Assembly (NCBI GenBank): GCA_020137815.1
Contig: CM035361.1
Coordinates: 4,402,001 to 4,466,000, forward strand
Reading direction: 5' to 3'
From: Hormiphora californensis
Lineage: Eukaryota > Animalia > Ctenophora
DNA length: 64,000 nucleotides
Positions 1 to 13,811 of this stretch are shown here, one piece after another. Position numbers and translations under genes: made by a program. The stretch's first letter is position 1. Each line of letters opens with the position of its first letter. The notes beneath the pieces were generated by a model that saw nothing but the letters and a program-made list of their open reading frames with translations, ran no database searches and was not told the origin of the DNA.

Positions 1-1211
1 TTTTTCCCTCTGATCACTAGTTGATACCACGGGATCAGGGTGTGTTTCTGCAACGTCCACCTGATTCGAATGCACATTGCCTCCAGCTGTATCAGGGGGT
101 GGGAAGGAGCCAGCAGCTGTTACATCAGGAGGAGGTGGGTAGGAGCCAGCAGCTGTTACATCAGGAGGAGGTGGGTATGACACAGCAGCTGTTACATCAG
201 GAGGATGTGGGTAGGAGCCGTTTGCCTCCGGTGCTGCAGGTGGGTAGGCTGATGGTGGGGGATACGCAGCAGCACCCTCAGGTGGGGGATACGCAGCAGC
301 ACTCTCAGGTGGGGGATACGCAGTATCACCGGCGGCGGGTGGTGGGTTTTGGTAGTTTAGATAGGCACCACCTTCTGTCTGTGCAAGTGGATATTGAGTG
401 TAATCAGGGGGCGGCTGGATTGCGGGATAAGCCCCTGGAGGCGGTGGGTAGGCGGGATAAATCCCTGGCGGCGGCGGCGGTGGGGGCGGTGGGTAGCTAC
501 CATCTACATCTGCATTTGCATAAAGGTTATCACTACCAGCCGCATGATGATCATGATCTATCATCTTCTCGTCTTTCATTTCAATGTTTTCAGCTGGATT
601 CACCACCACAACATGGCTGTCATCATCTTTCTTGCAGCAACAGTGCTTACAGCAACAGAATAGAATGACAAGGGCGATCGATCCGAAGAAAACCCCCAAG
701 AATATCTCAACTCCATCATCATCATCAGTAACTGAAATTAGTGTAATAATTAGTGTAATAATTAGTGTAATAATTAGTGTAAGGGACCAGTTACAAAATT
801 GGAAACCGACGTCGGATTCCAGGTCCGATTTGCCGCTAGCAGTACAGCTGACAATAGGGTGCACACAATGCACACCGATCACGTGATCGAAAATCCCGCG
901 CACAGCATAATATTTCACGAGGAGTGTTGGAAACCGACACCAGTTTGCAGTGGTGTCGGTTTCCAAACTGAGGTCAGTTTCCAATTTGTAACTCAGAGCG
1001 TCATTAACACAATAAATAACAATATTATTGATATAACTCAAGCAAAATCCTTACATCCTGAATTAGAACTGGACCTTCGTCTGCTGTAGTCAACCACCGT
1101 CCGTCTCCGTGTTGTTATTGTAGTTCTGCGTCGTGTTGTGGAGGTGGTTCTGCTTCTAGAAGCGGCTAACACACAAGCGAGTAGGACAAGAAAAAATACT
1201 GTGCGTTTCAT
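1..1211 (-). CDS. Single-pass membrane protein with Arg/Thr-rich ectodomain and Pro/Tyr-rich tail, paralog A (3' end runs off the window)
   Basis: Exon 1 1211-1055 (MKRTVFFLVLLACVLAASRSRTTSTTRRR...SG, GTAAG donor). Exon 2 731-<1 after TTTCAG: TM segment IFLGVFFGSIALVILF, Cys cluster CCCKHCCCKK, then YPPP repeats with no stop before base 1. Homologous to paralogs B and C. Confidence 0.8.
788..994. mobile_element. Small MITE-like insertion in the intron of paralog A
   Basis: Imperfect terminal inverted repeats GTTACAAAATTGGAAAC ... GTTTCCAATTTGTAAC; absent from the shorter homologous introns of paralogs B and C. Confidence 0.5.
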
Positions 1212-1324
1212 GTTTACTAATTTAGATGGAGTGTTTATTAGCAAATAGTACAAAATGTAAAGCGTTTATAGTATCAATTATGGGCCAGTGAATTTTCTAG
1301 GCGTCTACAAAGGAGCAGATAGCT

Positions 1325-1455
1325 GCAATGTAGCGTTCCTTCACACGCACAACAACAAGCAGCTTTCTATACTATAACGCGATCACGCACGAAGCACGAA
1401 GCACGAAGCACGGATACTAGAATTCCGTCACGTGCGGTCACTGCCATTCAACTGA
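1325..1455 (-). promoter_or_regulatory. Conserved non-coding block upstream of the Pro-rich TM paralogs (promoter or 5' UTR exon)
   Basis: TTCACACGCACAACAACAAGCAGCTTTC...CTAGAATTCCGTCACGTGCGGTCACTGCCATTCAAC recurs at ~9490-9590 (upstream of B) and inverted at ~12670-12960 (upstream of C). Confidence 0.55.
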
Positions 1456-1466
1456 GTTACTATATA

Positions 1467-2379
1467 GGGTAAACCGGGGCAAAATGGTTAACTTTTTACT
1501 TAATCGGTTCTCACCCCCGTTTAAAAAAGATAAGATAAGATTATATAGGATTAAAGTTCATTATTTTATCGATCAAATAAGGTTAATTTCAACTCTAGGG
1601 ACCATCATTTACTTAATTAAATACCTAATTTAAAAATTTTGGTAGGAAAAATTGGTACCGGGGCAATTCTAACAATCGCCTGTAGCGCCAAAACTAAGCA
1701 TTTTAGAGTATATGTTTGTTCATAAGTCATATATAAACCTGGCCATTCCGAAGCAGATTCTATAAGAAAAAAACAATTGGGTCACCCAATTAGCCACAAT
1801 CAGCATATCAGCATATGGTCTCAAATGTTTAGTTTTGGAGTTATAGGCGAATTAGTGAATTATGACGTTTTTTGGGTATGCTGATTGTGGCTAATTGGGT
1901 GATCCAATTGATTTTTCCTTATTGAATCCGCTCCGGAATGGCCAGGTTTATATATGACTTATGAACAAACATATACTCTAAAATGCTTAGTTTTGGCTCT
2001 ACGGGCGATTGTTCGAATTGCCCCGGTACCAATTTTGCCTACCAAAATTTTTAATTAGGTACAGTCGGACCCCGATTTAGTGGCACACCGATTTAGGGAC
2101 AGGATTTTTTCCCCCGATATAGGAAATTAACCTTATTTGACCCCGATTTAGTGGACACCCCGATTTAGTGGACAAGAGCCTTTCCCCCGAGGGTGTCCCT
2201 AAATCGGGGTCCGACTGTATTTAATTAAGTAAATGATGGTCCCAAGAGTTGAAATTTATCTTATTTGAAAGATAAAATAATGAACTTTAATCCTATATAA
2301 TTTTTTTCATTTTATCTTTTTTTAAACGGGGGTGAGAACCGATTAAGTAAAAAGTTAACCATTTTGCCCCGGTTTACCC
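1467..2379. mobile_element. Palindromic non-autonomous DNA transposon, TA TSD
   Basis: TA|GGGTAAACCGGGGCAAAATGGTTAAC ... GTTAACCATTTTGCCCCGGTTTACCC|TA; the arms are complementary almost to the centre (~1830). Confidence 0.9.
2062..2217. mobile_element. MITE (Tc1/mariner-pogo type ends) nested in the right arm of the 1467-2379 element
   Basis: TA|CAGTCGGACCCCGATTTAG ... CTAAATCGGGGTCCGACTG|TA; the left arm of the host element lacks it. Confidence 0.9.
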
Positions 2380-2601
2380 TAATGCGAAAAGAGGTGAAAC
2401 TTGATTCCCCCCCCCCCCACGCATGTGATGAGGGTCCCCAATTTTCCCGTCATCAGCTCAGATCACAACACCCCACATACATGATCAGATCACTCTGCCT
2501 AAGATAAGATCATCCCATTGAGGATCAGATCACCCCACCCATGATCAGATCACCCCAGTGAGAATCAGATCCCACATTTCACCCAGCAGGCCACTGTGCG
2601 T

Positions 2602-2716
<115 letters not shown>

Positions 2717-2897
2717 AAGAGTTACCATAATGGAATTACAGTAATAAGACGCAGCAAAAAGTGGTCCACTATTTATCTGTCAGAGCCTTGGCCTGACCCA
2801 TTCTCGTGCGAGAACTGTGGTCAGAGCATTGGCCTGACATCTATTTATCGTGCCATTTTTCCCCGGGGAATTCCCCTCAATTCAATAGTACTACTTC

Positions 2898-3485
2898 GGG
2901 GGGGGGGGGGGGGGGTAATCATGGTGACAAATGGTGACAAATGGTGACATATGGTGACAAATGGTGATGGTGACATGACCAAAATTTTGAGATGAGTCAC
3001 CATTTGTCACCATTCTCTCTGGAGCTTCCTACAGGCATAATATGATGTTATGTGACATAATATGATGTTATGGGACACTGGGGGACACTTCTACCAAGTT
3101 TCAAGTCGATTGGATGTAATTAAGGGGTCACAGGTGGTCAATTGCGCTTTTATGTGTTGCGCGAGGGAGGTACACCCTCAACGTGACTTTCGGGAAGTTT
3201 TAGCGGTCCAAAACACTACTAGCCGATCCGGAATGGCCATGTTAACAACTTATGAACAAATATATCGGTCTAAAGAAATTAAAAATTTTTATCAAACTTC
3301 TTTAACAATTTTAAAAAAATTCTGCCGAAATCCGCATATTTCGTCAAAAAATGGAGACAAATGGAGACAAATGGTGACAAATGGAGATAAATGGTGACAA
3401 ATGGTGACAAATGGTGATGGTGACATACCCTAAATGGTCAGATGAGTCACCATTTGTCACCATTTGTCACCATGATAACCCCCCC
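2898..3485. mobile_element. Non-autonomous DNA transposon with 8-bp TSD and G-run termini
   Basis: ACTACTTC duplicated at 2890-2897 and 3486-3493. Ends GGG..TAATCATGGTGACAAATGG / CCATTTGTCACCATGATAACCC, with subterminal ATGGTGACAA repeats. The paralogous site near 14830-14845 is empty. Confidence 0.85.
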
Positions 3486-4416
3486 ACTACTTCAAGCCAA
3501 TGAAATCCAAAAAATAAATTGTTTTTCACAGAAGCAAATGACACGAGAATTAGGTGTTATAAAAGTAGTTCGGATAGTAACATTTAAAGTTCAATTAGGT
3601 ACATATGGATTTATGCTAGAAAATGCAAATACACAAAACTAAAAACGGAGTTAGTACGGATACCGATACTAATTTTATATTACCCGATTATATGCCATAT
3701 ATGGACATTTATTTGATACCTAAATATGTATATCGTTTTAGTTTATTTCGTTGATCACGATTTCAGCTTAAGAATAATAATAATAAAAATACTTATGGAG
3801 CGCCCTTGCCTCATAGGGTTGGGGTTAGCTATGCTACCCTGGCCCTCATGGTGATCTGACAGCTCTATAAGGTTAGTAACCTTTTGAAAAATATAATCGC
3901 TTCCCCTTACGCCATTTTTCGGAGTATGAACATGAGATAAGGTTCATTCTGTTCAGACGACTGAGAGCTTTCGATTTATACCAATAGCAAAAAAACTTTT
4001 TCCCCAAAAACCTGCCCTAAAGGTTACTACTGCAGTACGCGAGTTAGAAATATGTAACTCAAACAGATCAAGTACTATAGTCTTTTTCCACGGTCATAGC
4101 TCCATATGCGCATTTTGAGTCAAGAATATTTTCACGATTACAAGATATTTCGACCCTATGACCATGGGAAAAGATTTGACCTCCTTTGGTTAGGTTTCAT
4201 TTCACACAATTATCAACTAGAATTAAGCGTCTATTCAATTAAGTGTCGTTAATTCACACATGCATTATACTGCTATTTATTGGCTTGATGTGAGGATTAT
4301 GAGGTCGAGTCAGATCACGATCTGATATTGATCCGATATTGATCGATCAATACCCCGGCCCCTTCTCCTTGTTGAGTCCACAACTCTCAACAACTTTCTC
4401 CCTAATCTCCGGTCTC

Positions 4417-5324
4417 TCACTCTGATACCACGGGAGGGTATGTTCCTGCAACGTCCACCTGATTCGAATACACATTGCCTCCAGTAGCTGTATCAGGAGG
4501 TGGGTAGGCGCCTCCAACTGCCCCCGGTGCTGCAGGTGGGTAGGGGCCAGGTGGGTAAGCAGCGCCTTCTTGGGGCGGTGGGTAAGTACCGGGAGGATAG
4601 GCGGCGGGTGGGGGATATGCAGCCCCTCCAGGTGGAGGGTAGGCGGCGGGTGGGGGATATGCAGCCCCTCCGGGTGGAGGGTAGGCGGCGGGTGAGGGAT
4701 ACACAGCACCGCCGGGTGGAGGATATGCACCTGCTGTCTGGGGTGGATATTGCGTGTAATCAGGAGGTGGCTGGTTTGCGGGATAAGCCCCTGGGGGCGG
4801 TGGGTAGCTACCATTTCCATCTGCATTTGCATAACAGTTATCACTACCAGCCGCATGATGATCAGGATCCATCTTCTTCTCGTCTTTCATTTCAATGTTT
4901 TCAGCAGGAGTTGGATTCACCACCACGACATGATTGTCATTATCGTTGGATTCATTGCATTTCTTGCAACAGCAGTATAGTATAATGAGGGCGAATATTC
5001 CACCAACTACACACCCGATAATGATCGCTGTTTTTTGCGAAACACCTGAAATTAGTGAAAATTAGTGTTAATTATTGTAATGGAGTGAAAATTAGTTAAT
5101 TATGTGGAAATATAACAATAAATCACAAATCAAGCAAAATTGACAAGATCCATTGTACCTGATCCTGAAGTTGAGCTAGAGGTCCTTCGTCTGCTGCTGT
5201 AGTCAACGGTTCGTCTTCGCGTAGTTGTTGTAGTCCTACGTCGCGTTGTGGTTGTAGTTCTACGTCGTGAAGCGGCAGACAAACATACGAGTAGGATGAG
5301 AAGGAGAAACAGGGTCCGTTTCAT
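4417..5324 (-). CDS. Single-pass membrane protein with Arg/Thr-rich ectodomain and Pro/Tyr-rich tail, paralog B (~264 aa)
   Basis: Exon 1 5324-5159 (signal peptide + SRRRTTTTTRRRTTTTTRRRT). Exon 2 5045-4417 (TM AIIIGCVVGGIFALIILY, CCCKKC, PPDY and YPPP repeats, stop after PPVVSE). Phase-1 GT-AG intron gives an open frame. Confidence 0.85.
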
Positions 5325-5539
5325 GTTTACTAGTTATAGATTGAGCGTTTATTATTACACTTTCCTTTTGAGTTATGTATTACTAATAATAATAATAATA
5401 TTAAGTTTTGTATACCGCCACAGACACGACAGGGCCAGATAAGTAAAACTGTAACTGACACTGACGAGCTTCAGAGCGGTATACCTCACGCGAAAAGGTC
5501 CTTATATTCTCACACACTTTGGAAAAAATTAACTCCTAG

Positions 5540-6314
5540 TTCAAGATATACTAATTAGATAACTGGTCACATAACGCTTAAAAACTGTTTAGATGAAAAA
5601 ATTACAGACTTTATTAAATAAAGGGAACAAAGCCAACAGCCCAAAATTTTCCAGCTCAAAAAATTGATGCCCTAGGTAAAGGGTAGCAGGAAAAAGCCCC
5701 CTTAAAAGAGGGGAGACGGTGGGAAAAAATTAAGAACGGGGCTTAGGGAGAGGGAAACCTTTGGAAAAATTTGGGTTTAAAACCCTGTTTAAAACCAAAT
5801 GGGGTAAACAAACTCGGGCAGAGTAAGACCCATACCGCGGAAACAGAAAAACCTCCTTTCCTCAAAAAAGGGGGGTAACACCGAGAGTTTAAAACAGAAA
5901 AAGTCAAACGAACCGGCCCTCGGGCATACCCAGAAATCACACCCTTGGGGACCAGTCCCCAACTCGACCCACGAAACCGAAAGCAACGCAGTAAACTTAG
6001 CCCTGGGGCGTTTGGGGGGAAAGCTTCCGAAACCACCCCCCGGCCCGGGTTATAAGAACCCGAGGAGAAACCGGGAAGAGAGAACCGGGGGGATTAAAAA
6101 TTTAAAAAAACCCAAGCAGTGTATACGGGAAAACCGGGAAAAAAAAATTTTAAAAAAATAAAACAGACTAAAACTTGATAAAAAGTTGAACAAAAGGGAA
6201 ATAAAGGAAAAAGGGATACACTTAAAAAACCAATAAAGAGGGGAGGAAAAAGGAAAAAAAAAAAAAGAGGGGGAGAAAAGAAAAGAAGAAGAGGAGAGAA
6301 GAGGGGAAAAAAAA

Positions 6315-6363
<49 letters not shown>

Positions 6364-8111
6364 TTTTCTCTGTTCTCTCAAAATCCGCTGTCCGCCGCCC
6401 TTTTGTTAAAAAGCACTTTCCCCAAATTAGAAAACCCCACAAAAGGAAAAAATTTTGGTTTCGAGAAAAAAGCAAAGGATCACAAAAAACACCATTTCAT
6501 GTGCCTTTTTTCACTCCAAATTTTTTTTTTTTTTTTTGTTGCCCCGGAAAGGGGGGCTCTCGCTACCCTTTTGAAATTTTTTATATTTTGGTGAGAAGTG
6601 CAAAAAAATATATGAGAGAAATTGTGTGTGTGTTTTTTGACCTGATGGACTTAAACCGTATGGGCTACCGGCCAAGCACTCAAATGGAGGGAAACACCAC
6701 TAGCAATCAACCCCGCACAAAACGATAAACCTGTCTTTTTTTATTGTCGTTCGTCCTGTATTTTTTTCTAGATTTTTAAGGAGTCGCGAGTTAAAAGCTA
6801 CTCAGCCCAGTCAGTCAGTCTCAGTCGGGTCAGCAGTCAGTCAGTCATCAGTCACAGTCAGCATCAGTCATCAGTCAGCAGTCAGTCGTCAGTCAGCAGT
6901 CATCATCAGCAGTCACAGTCATAGTCAGTCAGTCATCAGTCATCACTCAGTCAGTCGTAGTCAGTCAGTCGTCAGCAGTCAGTAGTCCCATCATTCGTCA
7001 CAGTCGTCGTCAGTATCAGTAGTCAGTAGTCAGTCGTCGTCAGCAGTCAGTCATCAGCGTCAGTCAGTCACCCAGTCAGTCATCAGTCAGCGTCAGTCAG
7101 CGGGCAGTCATCGCAGTAAATCATTTTCACTCAGTCAATACTCAGTCAACCTCAGCCGCAGTGTATTATGAATATGATCTTTCATTTTATTTTCTGTATA
7201 TGTCATTAGCCCACTTAGATTATCACCCCAAGTACTCTTTCCTAGTTAGCTTCCCCGTTTTACCCCGGCTACATCTTTTTATCAGGTCTGGGAGGTGTGT
7301 GCTTCTATATGCTTCCCCTCGCCACGGCCACTATTTTTATTGTTTTTATTTCTAGGCTGGACCTCTCCTCAGTTCCCTCTGCCTCAGTCCCTACTTTTTT
7401 AGCAGGCGCCAGGCATGTTCCGTACCTTCCGCTACAATCATGGATCGGGTCATTGGTTGCTTATTCCTCATCTTTCCTTCCCGCCATTATTCCTTTCCGG
7501 TGTTCGCCCCCTAGGTGCCTGCTAGACTGCAAGATTGGCACGTGACCTTCGGTGTTTAATTTGTAGAGAGAGTTTTGTTTATAAACATTTATGGGTCAGT
7601 GTGGGAAAGGGAGGTGCCTTTTTCATAGAGTAGGTAGTCGAGGGGTCTCGTTATAGATAGGATTGCATATTACAGTTATCACTGACCCGCTTACAATACT
7701 TTTTTCAGGCAATCATATTCTATCATTATGATAGTATCATATTTCAGGTGTCTACCACATCTCAGTAATACCTTTCTGTACATACGCAGGGCACAACTAC
7801 TCCAGAGTGGAGAACCATTCATTGCACCCCCACCCCCATTCTCATTTTTAGGTACGACAGCAGAAAATCACAAATCATGATTCAACTTTCAGGACACCCT
7901 TATTCTAATCCCTCGGTTCTCTGGCTCTTCCTTGCTCTTAGGTCTCTGCTCTCTACTTTATCTCTCCCTTTCTCTCTTTTAGAATTTCGGGTATGCCTCT
8001 TCTCCCGCAGTTTCCCCGTGGCAGTCTTCTATAGTCGTTGTTTTGGTTTTCTTTATTTGCATTTTTCCCTTTTATTCTTATTCTTTAGGTCTGTACTCTC
8101 TCTCCCTCTCC

Positions 8112-8185
<74 letters not shown>

Positions 8186-8706
8186 ATAGTCTCTTTCTCT
8201 CTCTCTCCCTCCATCTCCCTCGCGCTCTCTCTCTCTCACCCTCCCTCTCTTTATCTCTGCGTTTTCAAAATTCTTTTCTTCACCTCATCTTATCACTGGG
8301 GAAGGTGGACCGTGTCACAATACAGATATATTATTGTGGCACTGACCATCTACAAAAAGTCGGCCATACCATGCAAGCCAATTCAGCCAGCACTTACCGC
8401 AGCTATCTGCGTTCAGCACCAACCATGCACCCACGTCACCTACCCGGCTTATTCTTCTTTATGGCCACTCTCTCCCCTGGAGAGAGGATTACTTACTCCA
8501 ACTGCGTTGCTTCTACTAGTGGTCTTAGGGGGATTTAGGCCGGTATTGGTTCTGGTTGAGGGAAGGTTTGAGGTGTGGGTCGGCTGAGTTGTAGTATAGC
8601 TACTCGCAGTGGAGTCGCCTCACGGCACAGTTATCCTCTCTCCCTGACTCCTTCTTACTCTTTGCACTTTACATCTCAATCTTTCCCACCCTATCTCTCG
8701 CTCTCA

Positions 8707-8790
<84 letters not shown>

Positions 8791-9450
8791 ATTGACAGTC
8801 CGTCAATGGGAGCCAGCCGGGATTTTGTCCTTTAAATATGCATTTCATGTGTATTATAAACTCTATCTTTCTTATCATCCTCCTATCGCTCTATCTCTCT
8901 CTGTCTATCTCTCTCTATCTCTCCCTCTCAGCTCTCTCTCACTTTATATCTTTACCCTTGAGCTTAACCATTTTTCACGAACACTATCAAATCGCACGAT
9001 CAGCACACGGCTATCACTCCCGTCTCACACACGAACATATACATGCTTGCTCACGAACATTTGACCCCGCTTTCACACCCTGCTTTTCAACTAGTCTCTA
9101 GGGTGTCGTCACATGCTACGTCAAGAAGTCCAGTTGACTACATACTGCAAGCTTTACTGTCAGTGATTGGGCAACAGAATTGCATAGAGCACCCGAGATT
9201 GGGTGTTCGCAGTATACGGTTAATACCGGTTTCAACTGGATGACTGCAGAAATGATATCCGTCAAACTCCACCTCACATGTATGTTGTATAGACGCTGTC
9301 AGACTTAGCCCGCCTGACCTGCCTTCGTGATTGAAGCAAATAGGGTCAGGCAATTGCCTGACAGGGTTCACATGATGAGGTAGGGGGGTGACAGATATAG
9401 GAACGATGAAGACGCAAAAAAAAAAAAAAAAAAAAACACCACTCATGTAC
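5540..9450. other. Probable low-quality sequence or assembly segment
   Basis: Dense homopolymer runs (a G run of ~48 at ~6314-6361, long A and T runs) and a degenerate CAGT array; no recognisable gene. Confidence 0.55.
6800..7160. repeat. Degenerate (CAGT)n satellite
   Basis: Repeated CAGT/CAGTCAT units. Confidence 0.85.
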
Positions 9451-10758
9451 ACTGTTATAGTACACTAGCTATTATAGCAGATATAGAGTTCCTCTTCACA
9501 CGCAAAACAACACGCAGCTTTCAACACTACTCCATAACGCGATCACGTACACTAGAATTCCTTCACGTGCGGTCACTGCCATCCAACTAATGCTAAACAC
9601 TCGACTCTCAATACACACGAATGAGCTGCTTATACAATCCTTATAATGAGTAGAAATGGCCAACAGTTCTATTAGACACTAGTTCTATTTATCGTACCAT
9701 TCTGTCCCCTCACTTCAATAGTAAGATATAGCAAGGAAAGGGTGGATAGTATCCACTGGATATCGCTACGAATCTGACTAAAGAGTTGAACATGAATTCC
9801 TAACCTCCTCGTGATGAAATCTATACCTCTTGCGGGCAATTTACGGGAAAGGAGAGGTAGCCCGTTGCTAATAGTTACACAAACAATACAATTATACAAT
9901 GGAAAGAACGTGGACAACTATTTATCCATATACCATTCTTATTATAAGTATAATAGTGGGGTGTGCAACACTGCAATGTACGTTCCTATTTGTTACGTCA
10001 TAACAAATCAGTTAAGAGAGATTAGCAATATATCTCCATACAATGTGCTAGCTAATAAGGGTGAAGATTGTTATGTTCTAACTTTCCCTTTACGTGAATG
10101 GCAGTATAGCTTGGCAAGGTGAAGAAGATTTGAATCAGTTGAAATATACAGCTTTCTTGCTCGACCCTATTTCACCGAATCCCGCACGGAGAAACAAATG
10201 CAAAGGAGGGTTAGAACATAACAAGAAAAGGGTAAAGAAAGAAAGGATAAAACATTGCCATATCATTCATTCACTTCCTTATAAAGGCCAAGAATTCATC
10301 TCACGGTCCATTTTGAAGGCATTCCTTGAATTGTTTGTACAAGCCACGTCATTCACTTCCTTATAAAAGCTAAGGATTCGTCTCACGGTCCATTTTGAAG
10401 GCACTCCTTAAAGTGCTTGTACAAGCCACGGGGTTGCTATGAGAGGTTGCTATGGGATGATGCAGCATTATTATCTGCCTCTTACCTCCCCCCCTCTCTC
10501 TCTCTCTCTCTAAGCACATGGTTTTGTCGACTACTAGACCGGGTGTTAAACGTTTTAAGCTCCTCTAATTGCATGTCTATCTATCCTCTCTTTTTCACCC
10601 AGTATATATCTCCCTCCGGCCTCCACCCCTCTCCAAATCCCAGCTGTATAGGAGGGAGAGAAATGAGGGGATATCATACCCAAGCTGTATGGCAGATCTC
10701 TCATCTGCTTTTGTTTAAACAACAGGTCCTGTACCGCGTGTCTGCCCCTTGATATGTA

Positions 10759-12154
10759 CCGTAATCTGGGGTAACTTTGTTTTGCAGGGTAACTTTGGAC
10801 ACTTTCAAAATTTGGCTTTAGTCCAAAATTACCAGCAGATAACGACAGATTTGGCATAATTTTTGGGTGTACAAGTAATTGACACACAAATGTCTAACTA
10901 ACGGTACAATTATTTTTTCCAACTCTATGCTAATTATCTCCTAATTAGGGGCAAACATAATTGATGTCAAAATCGCTAAAAATGTTCAAATCAAAATGGG
11001 TACCATAGATTTGACCGGGCTAATGACCGAATCAAGTTTGCTCCATAGAGTGGAAGGGTTTCGATCAAATAATTCGGGGCACCATTTTTCAAACCTGATC
11101 AATTACTTTAATTGAGACTAATAGGGGTGGCTAATGTTACCCCACCGTTTTTTGAATTTTGGGGTAACTTTGGACGGGCTGCCAAAGTTACCCCACACTA
11201 CATGTTTTGAACTTTTGATGTCTGTAGAGTTGCCCTCGACCCTCTCTGAATTGTTTAGGGCCATATAACCAAGATTCAGCACACTCCACGCCCATTTCCA
11301 TCCATCTATTCGATAGGTTAGTGAAAAAACTAGGACTTGGACTATTTTATGGAGCTAAATCACAGAAATCCGGCCTGAAACCCATCAACTTTGGGGTTCC
11401 TCATCCATCCTGTAGCTTGTTAGATGGTATTGGCTCTCTAGCCGAGTGTTCTAGTTCTTGTAGACAATCTATGCAGGAGCACAGGTACCAAAACTCCTTT
11501 ATTTAGCCAGTACCCAAAAGTAGACCACTTCCTGTCTATCCAATTCAGCAAAAAGAACTAACACACTCGCCTAGAGGGCCAATACCATCTATGGTGGGGT
11601 AGGGTGGATAAGGAACCCCAAATTATTGAAGTTTGATTGGTTTCAGGCCGGATGTGGCAACCTCTAAATCAAGTCGATTGAGCTGAAATTTTATTTGGTG
11701 GCTAGTTTCATCATTCCTCACACTCAAAAAAGTTGAGTCGACATAAACAATTTTTTAAATCATGGGGCGTTTGGCTAACCCTAAATTTGTTCTTTTTTAA
11801 TTTATTGTCTCATTTAAACCCCATTTAAACATTTTAGGTTCATTTATTTATCATTGCAAAATGTTCGGATCTATGTTTGTTCCAATATTACTATCGTGGG
11901 GTAACTTTGGACGGGTGTCCAAAGTTACCCCACCCTCATTCCAAAGTTACCCCATGCCCTAAAACCCCACTTACACTAAAATACACGTTAATTAATGTAA
12001 TTAAATGAGAGGGGACCAAAAATTTCACTAGTTATATCTGGTGTACTAGGTCTGGAACGGGATTATTTGGTTCAAAAATTTTCGAGTGTGATTCTGGCAA
12101 GGAGTTATATTAGGAGAATGCTAAAAAGTGGTACAAAGTTACCCCAACTTACGG
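10759..12154. mobile_element. Non-autonomous DNA transposon, TA TSD (Tc1/mariner-pogo type)
   Basis: TA|CCGTAATCTGGGGTAACTTTG ... CAAAGTTACCCCAACTTACGG|TA; internal repeats of GGGGTAACTTTGGAC and an internal palindrome at ~11365-11655. Confidence 0.85.
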
Positions 12155-13213
12155 TATATTGAACTCATGACGCTGCCGCTTGTTATAGTGGCATTACCGT
12201 AGTAATGGAATTGCAGTAATAAGACGTAGACTTTGTATAACGCGAGGCAAAAATGTGTCAGCACGTATCTATACACTGATTGTCCCCTAACTCCCCTTAC
12301 CGTATCTCCGTTTTCCATTACCGTTTTCCAACTTCAATTGAATTCAAGCGACCGGGTTACACAAACTATTAATTAGGGGGCCTGCATTATAATGTAACAG
12401 CTGCAGGGGTGGCGGGGGAGCTGACCAAAATTTTTGGTGATGACCGTTTTCTGTGTGAAAAATTCGCTCGACTTTTCCAGTACAAATTCGGAATTCAATA
12501 CTTCTGTCTGAGAGACAGCATAGCCGTGCGAAAAAGTGTGATCCGAGCTCATGTTGGCTAAAATCTCAGCTGATCACTGATCTCTCTCGCATTGTACTTG
12601 GATGCTCACCTTGGATGCTCAATGCTCAATGCTCATGCGTGTGTATAATTGAGAGTGTTTGGCGTTAATTGAATGCCAGTGATCGCACGTTAAGGAATTC
12701 TAGTGCTCTCTCTCCCTCTCTGTCTCCCGAACTGCCCCCATTCAAAATCAGCTGCTGAAAAATGCAAATGCTGAAAAATTTGCTTTTTTTGAAAAAACGC
12801 AGTGAAAACGCCGCGAATACCTGGATTCGCGACGTGATTCTTGCAGTGAATGAGCTTTTTTAGCGACGTTTATCGCGACGCCAATCAAGAATTAGCGTCG
12901 CGAACTTTTGATGGGGGTGGTAAAGGAAGCTGTGTGTTGTTGTGCGTGTGAAGGAACGCTATACAGCAGATAAAGCCTCTCTCTCTCTCTCTGTTTGGAG
13001 TTCTCGTGTTTTATAATGCAAATGATACCTCAATTTAGTGTGCCTCTTCCTCTCTATAATTACTTGTAGATCTGTAAGCTGTATTAGATGTTCGTTGTAC
13101 TGTTCCTTCCGAATTAGTCAGTTACTTACTAAGCTAGTATACTAAGCTTTTTGTATCTTTAACATTTAGTAACTCAAAATAAATTACCAAATCTAATCAA
13201 TCTATTAGTAAAT

Positions 13214-13811
13214 ATGAAACGGACACTGCTCCTTGTACTTTTCCTTCTTGTATGCTTGTCTGACGCTTCGAGACGAAGATCTACTAGATCATCTAGTAGG
13301 ACTACTACTTCAGGAAGTAAGGATTATTGTTTGATTGGCAATATATTGTGATTTATTGTGATATTTACACATGAATTACACTAATTTACACACTAATTAA
13401 CACTGATTTTCACTAATTTCAGGTCTTTCGGGTGAAGATATATACATATTCCTGATCGCTACGGGTGGATTATTCGCAATTGTCATTCTATTCTATTGTT
13501 GCAAGGCCTTGATAAAATCCAACGTTGATGATGATAATTACGACGATAATGATGATGTAGTGGTTGTGAATCGAAATCCTGCTGCTGGAAATACGAGAGA
13601 GAATAATGTAGCGGCTGGTAGTGATAACCTTTATGCAGATGCAGATGGAAATGGTAGCTACCCAGTGCCCCCAGGGGCTTATCCTGCAACCCGGCCGCAC
13701 CCTGATTACACGCAATATCCACCCCAGGCAGGCAGTGATGCCTATCCAATCTACCAAAACCCACCACCATCTGCCGGTGCTGCGTATCCCCCACCCACCG
13801 GGGCTGTGTAG
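13214..13811 (+). CDS. Single-pass membrane protein, paralog C, C-terminally truncated
   Basis: Exon 1 13214-13316 (MKRTLLLVLFLLVCLSDASRRRSTRSSSRTTTSG). Exon 2 13423-13811 (TM IYIFLIATGGLFAIVILFY, CCK, Pro/Tyr tail). TAG at 13809-13811 precedes the ancestral stop at 13958-13960. Confidence 0.75.

Noticed and set aside
21-668. Plus-strand ORFs 21-668 and 4500-4985, and minus-strand ORF 13483-13902
   Set aside because: They are antisense shadows of the Pro-rich coding exons on the opposite strand.
5743-9452. Poly-Pro/Phe and SLSLSL ORFs
   Set aside because: They are translations of homopolymers and CT microsatellites in a probably error-rich segment.
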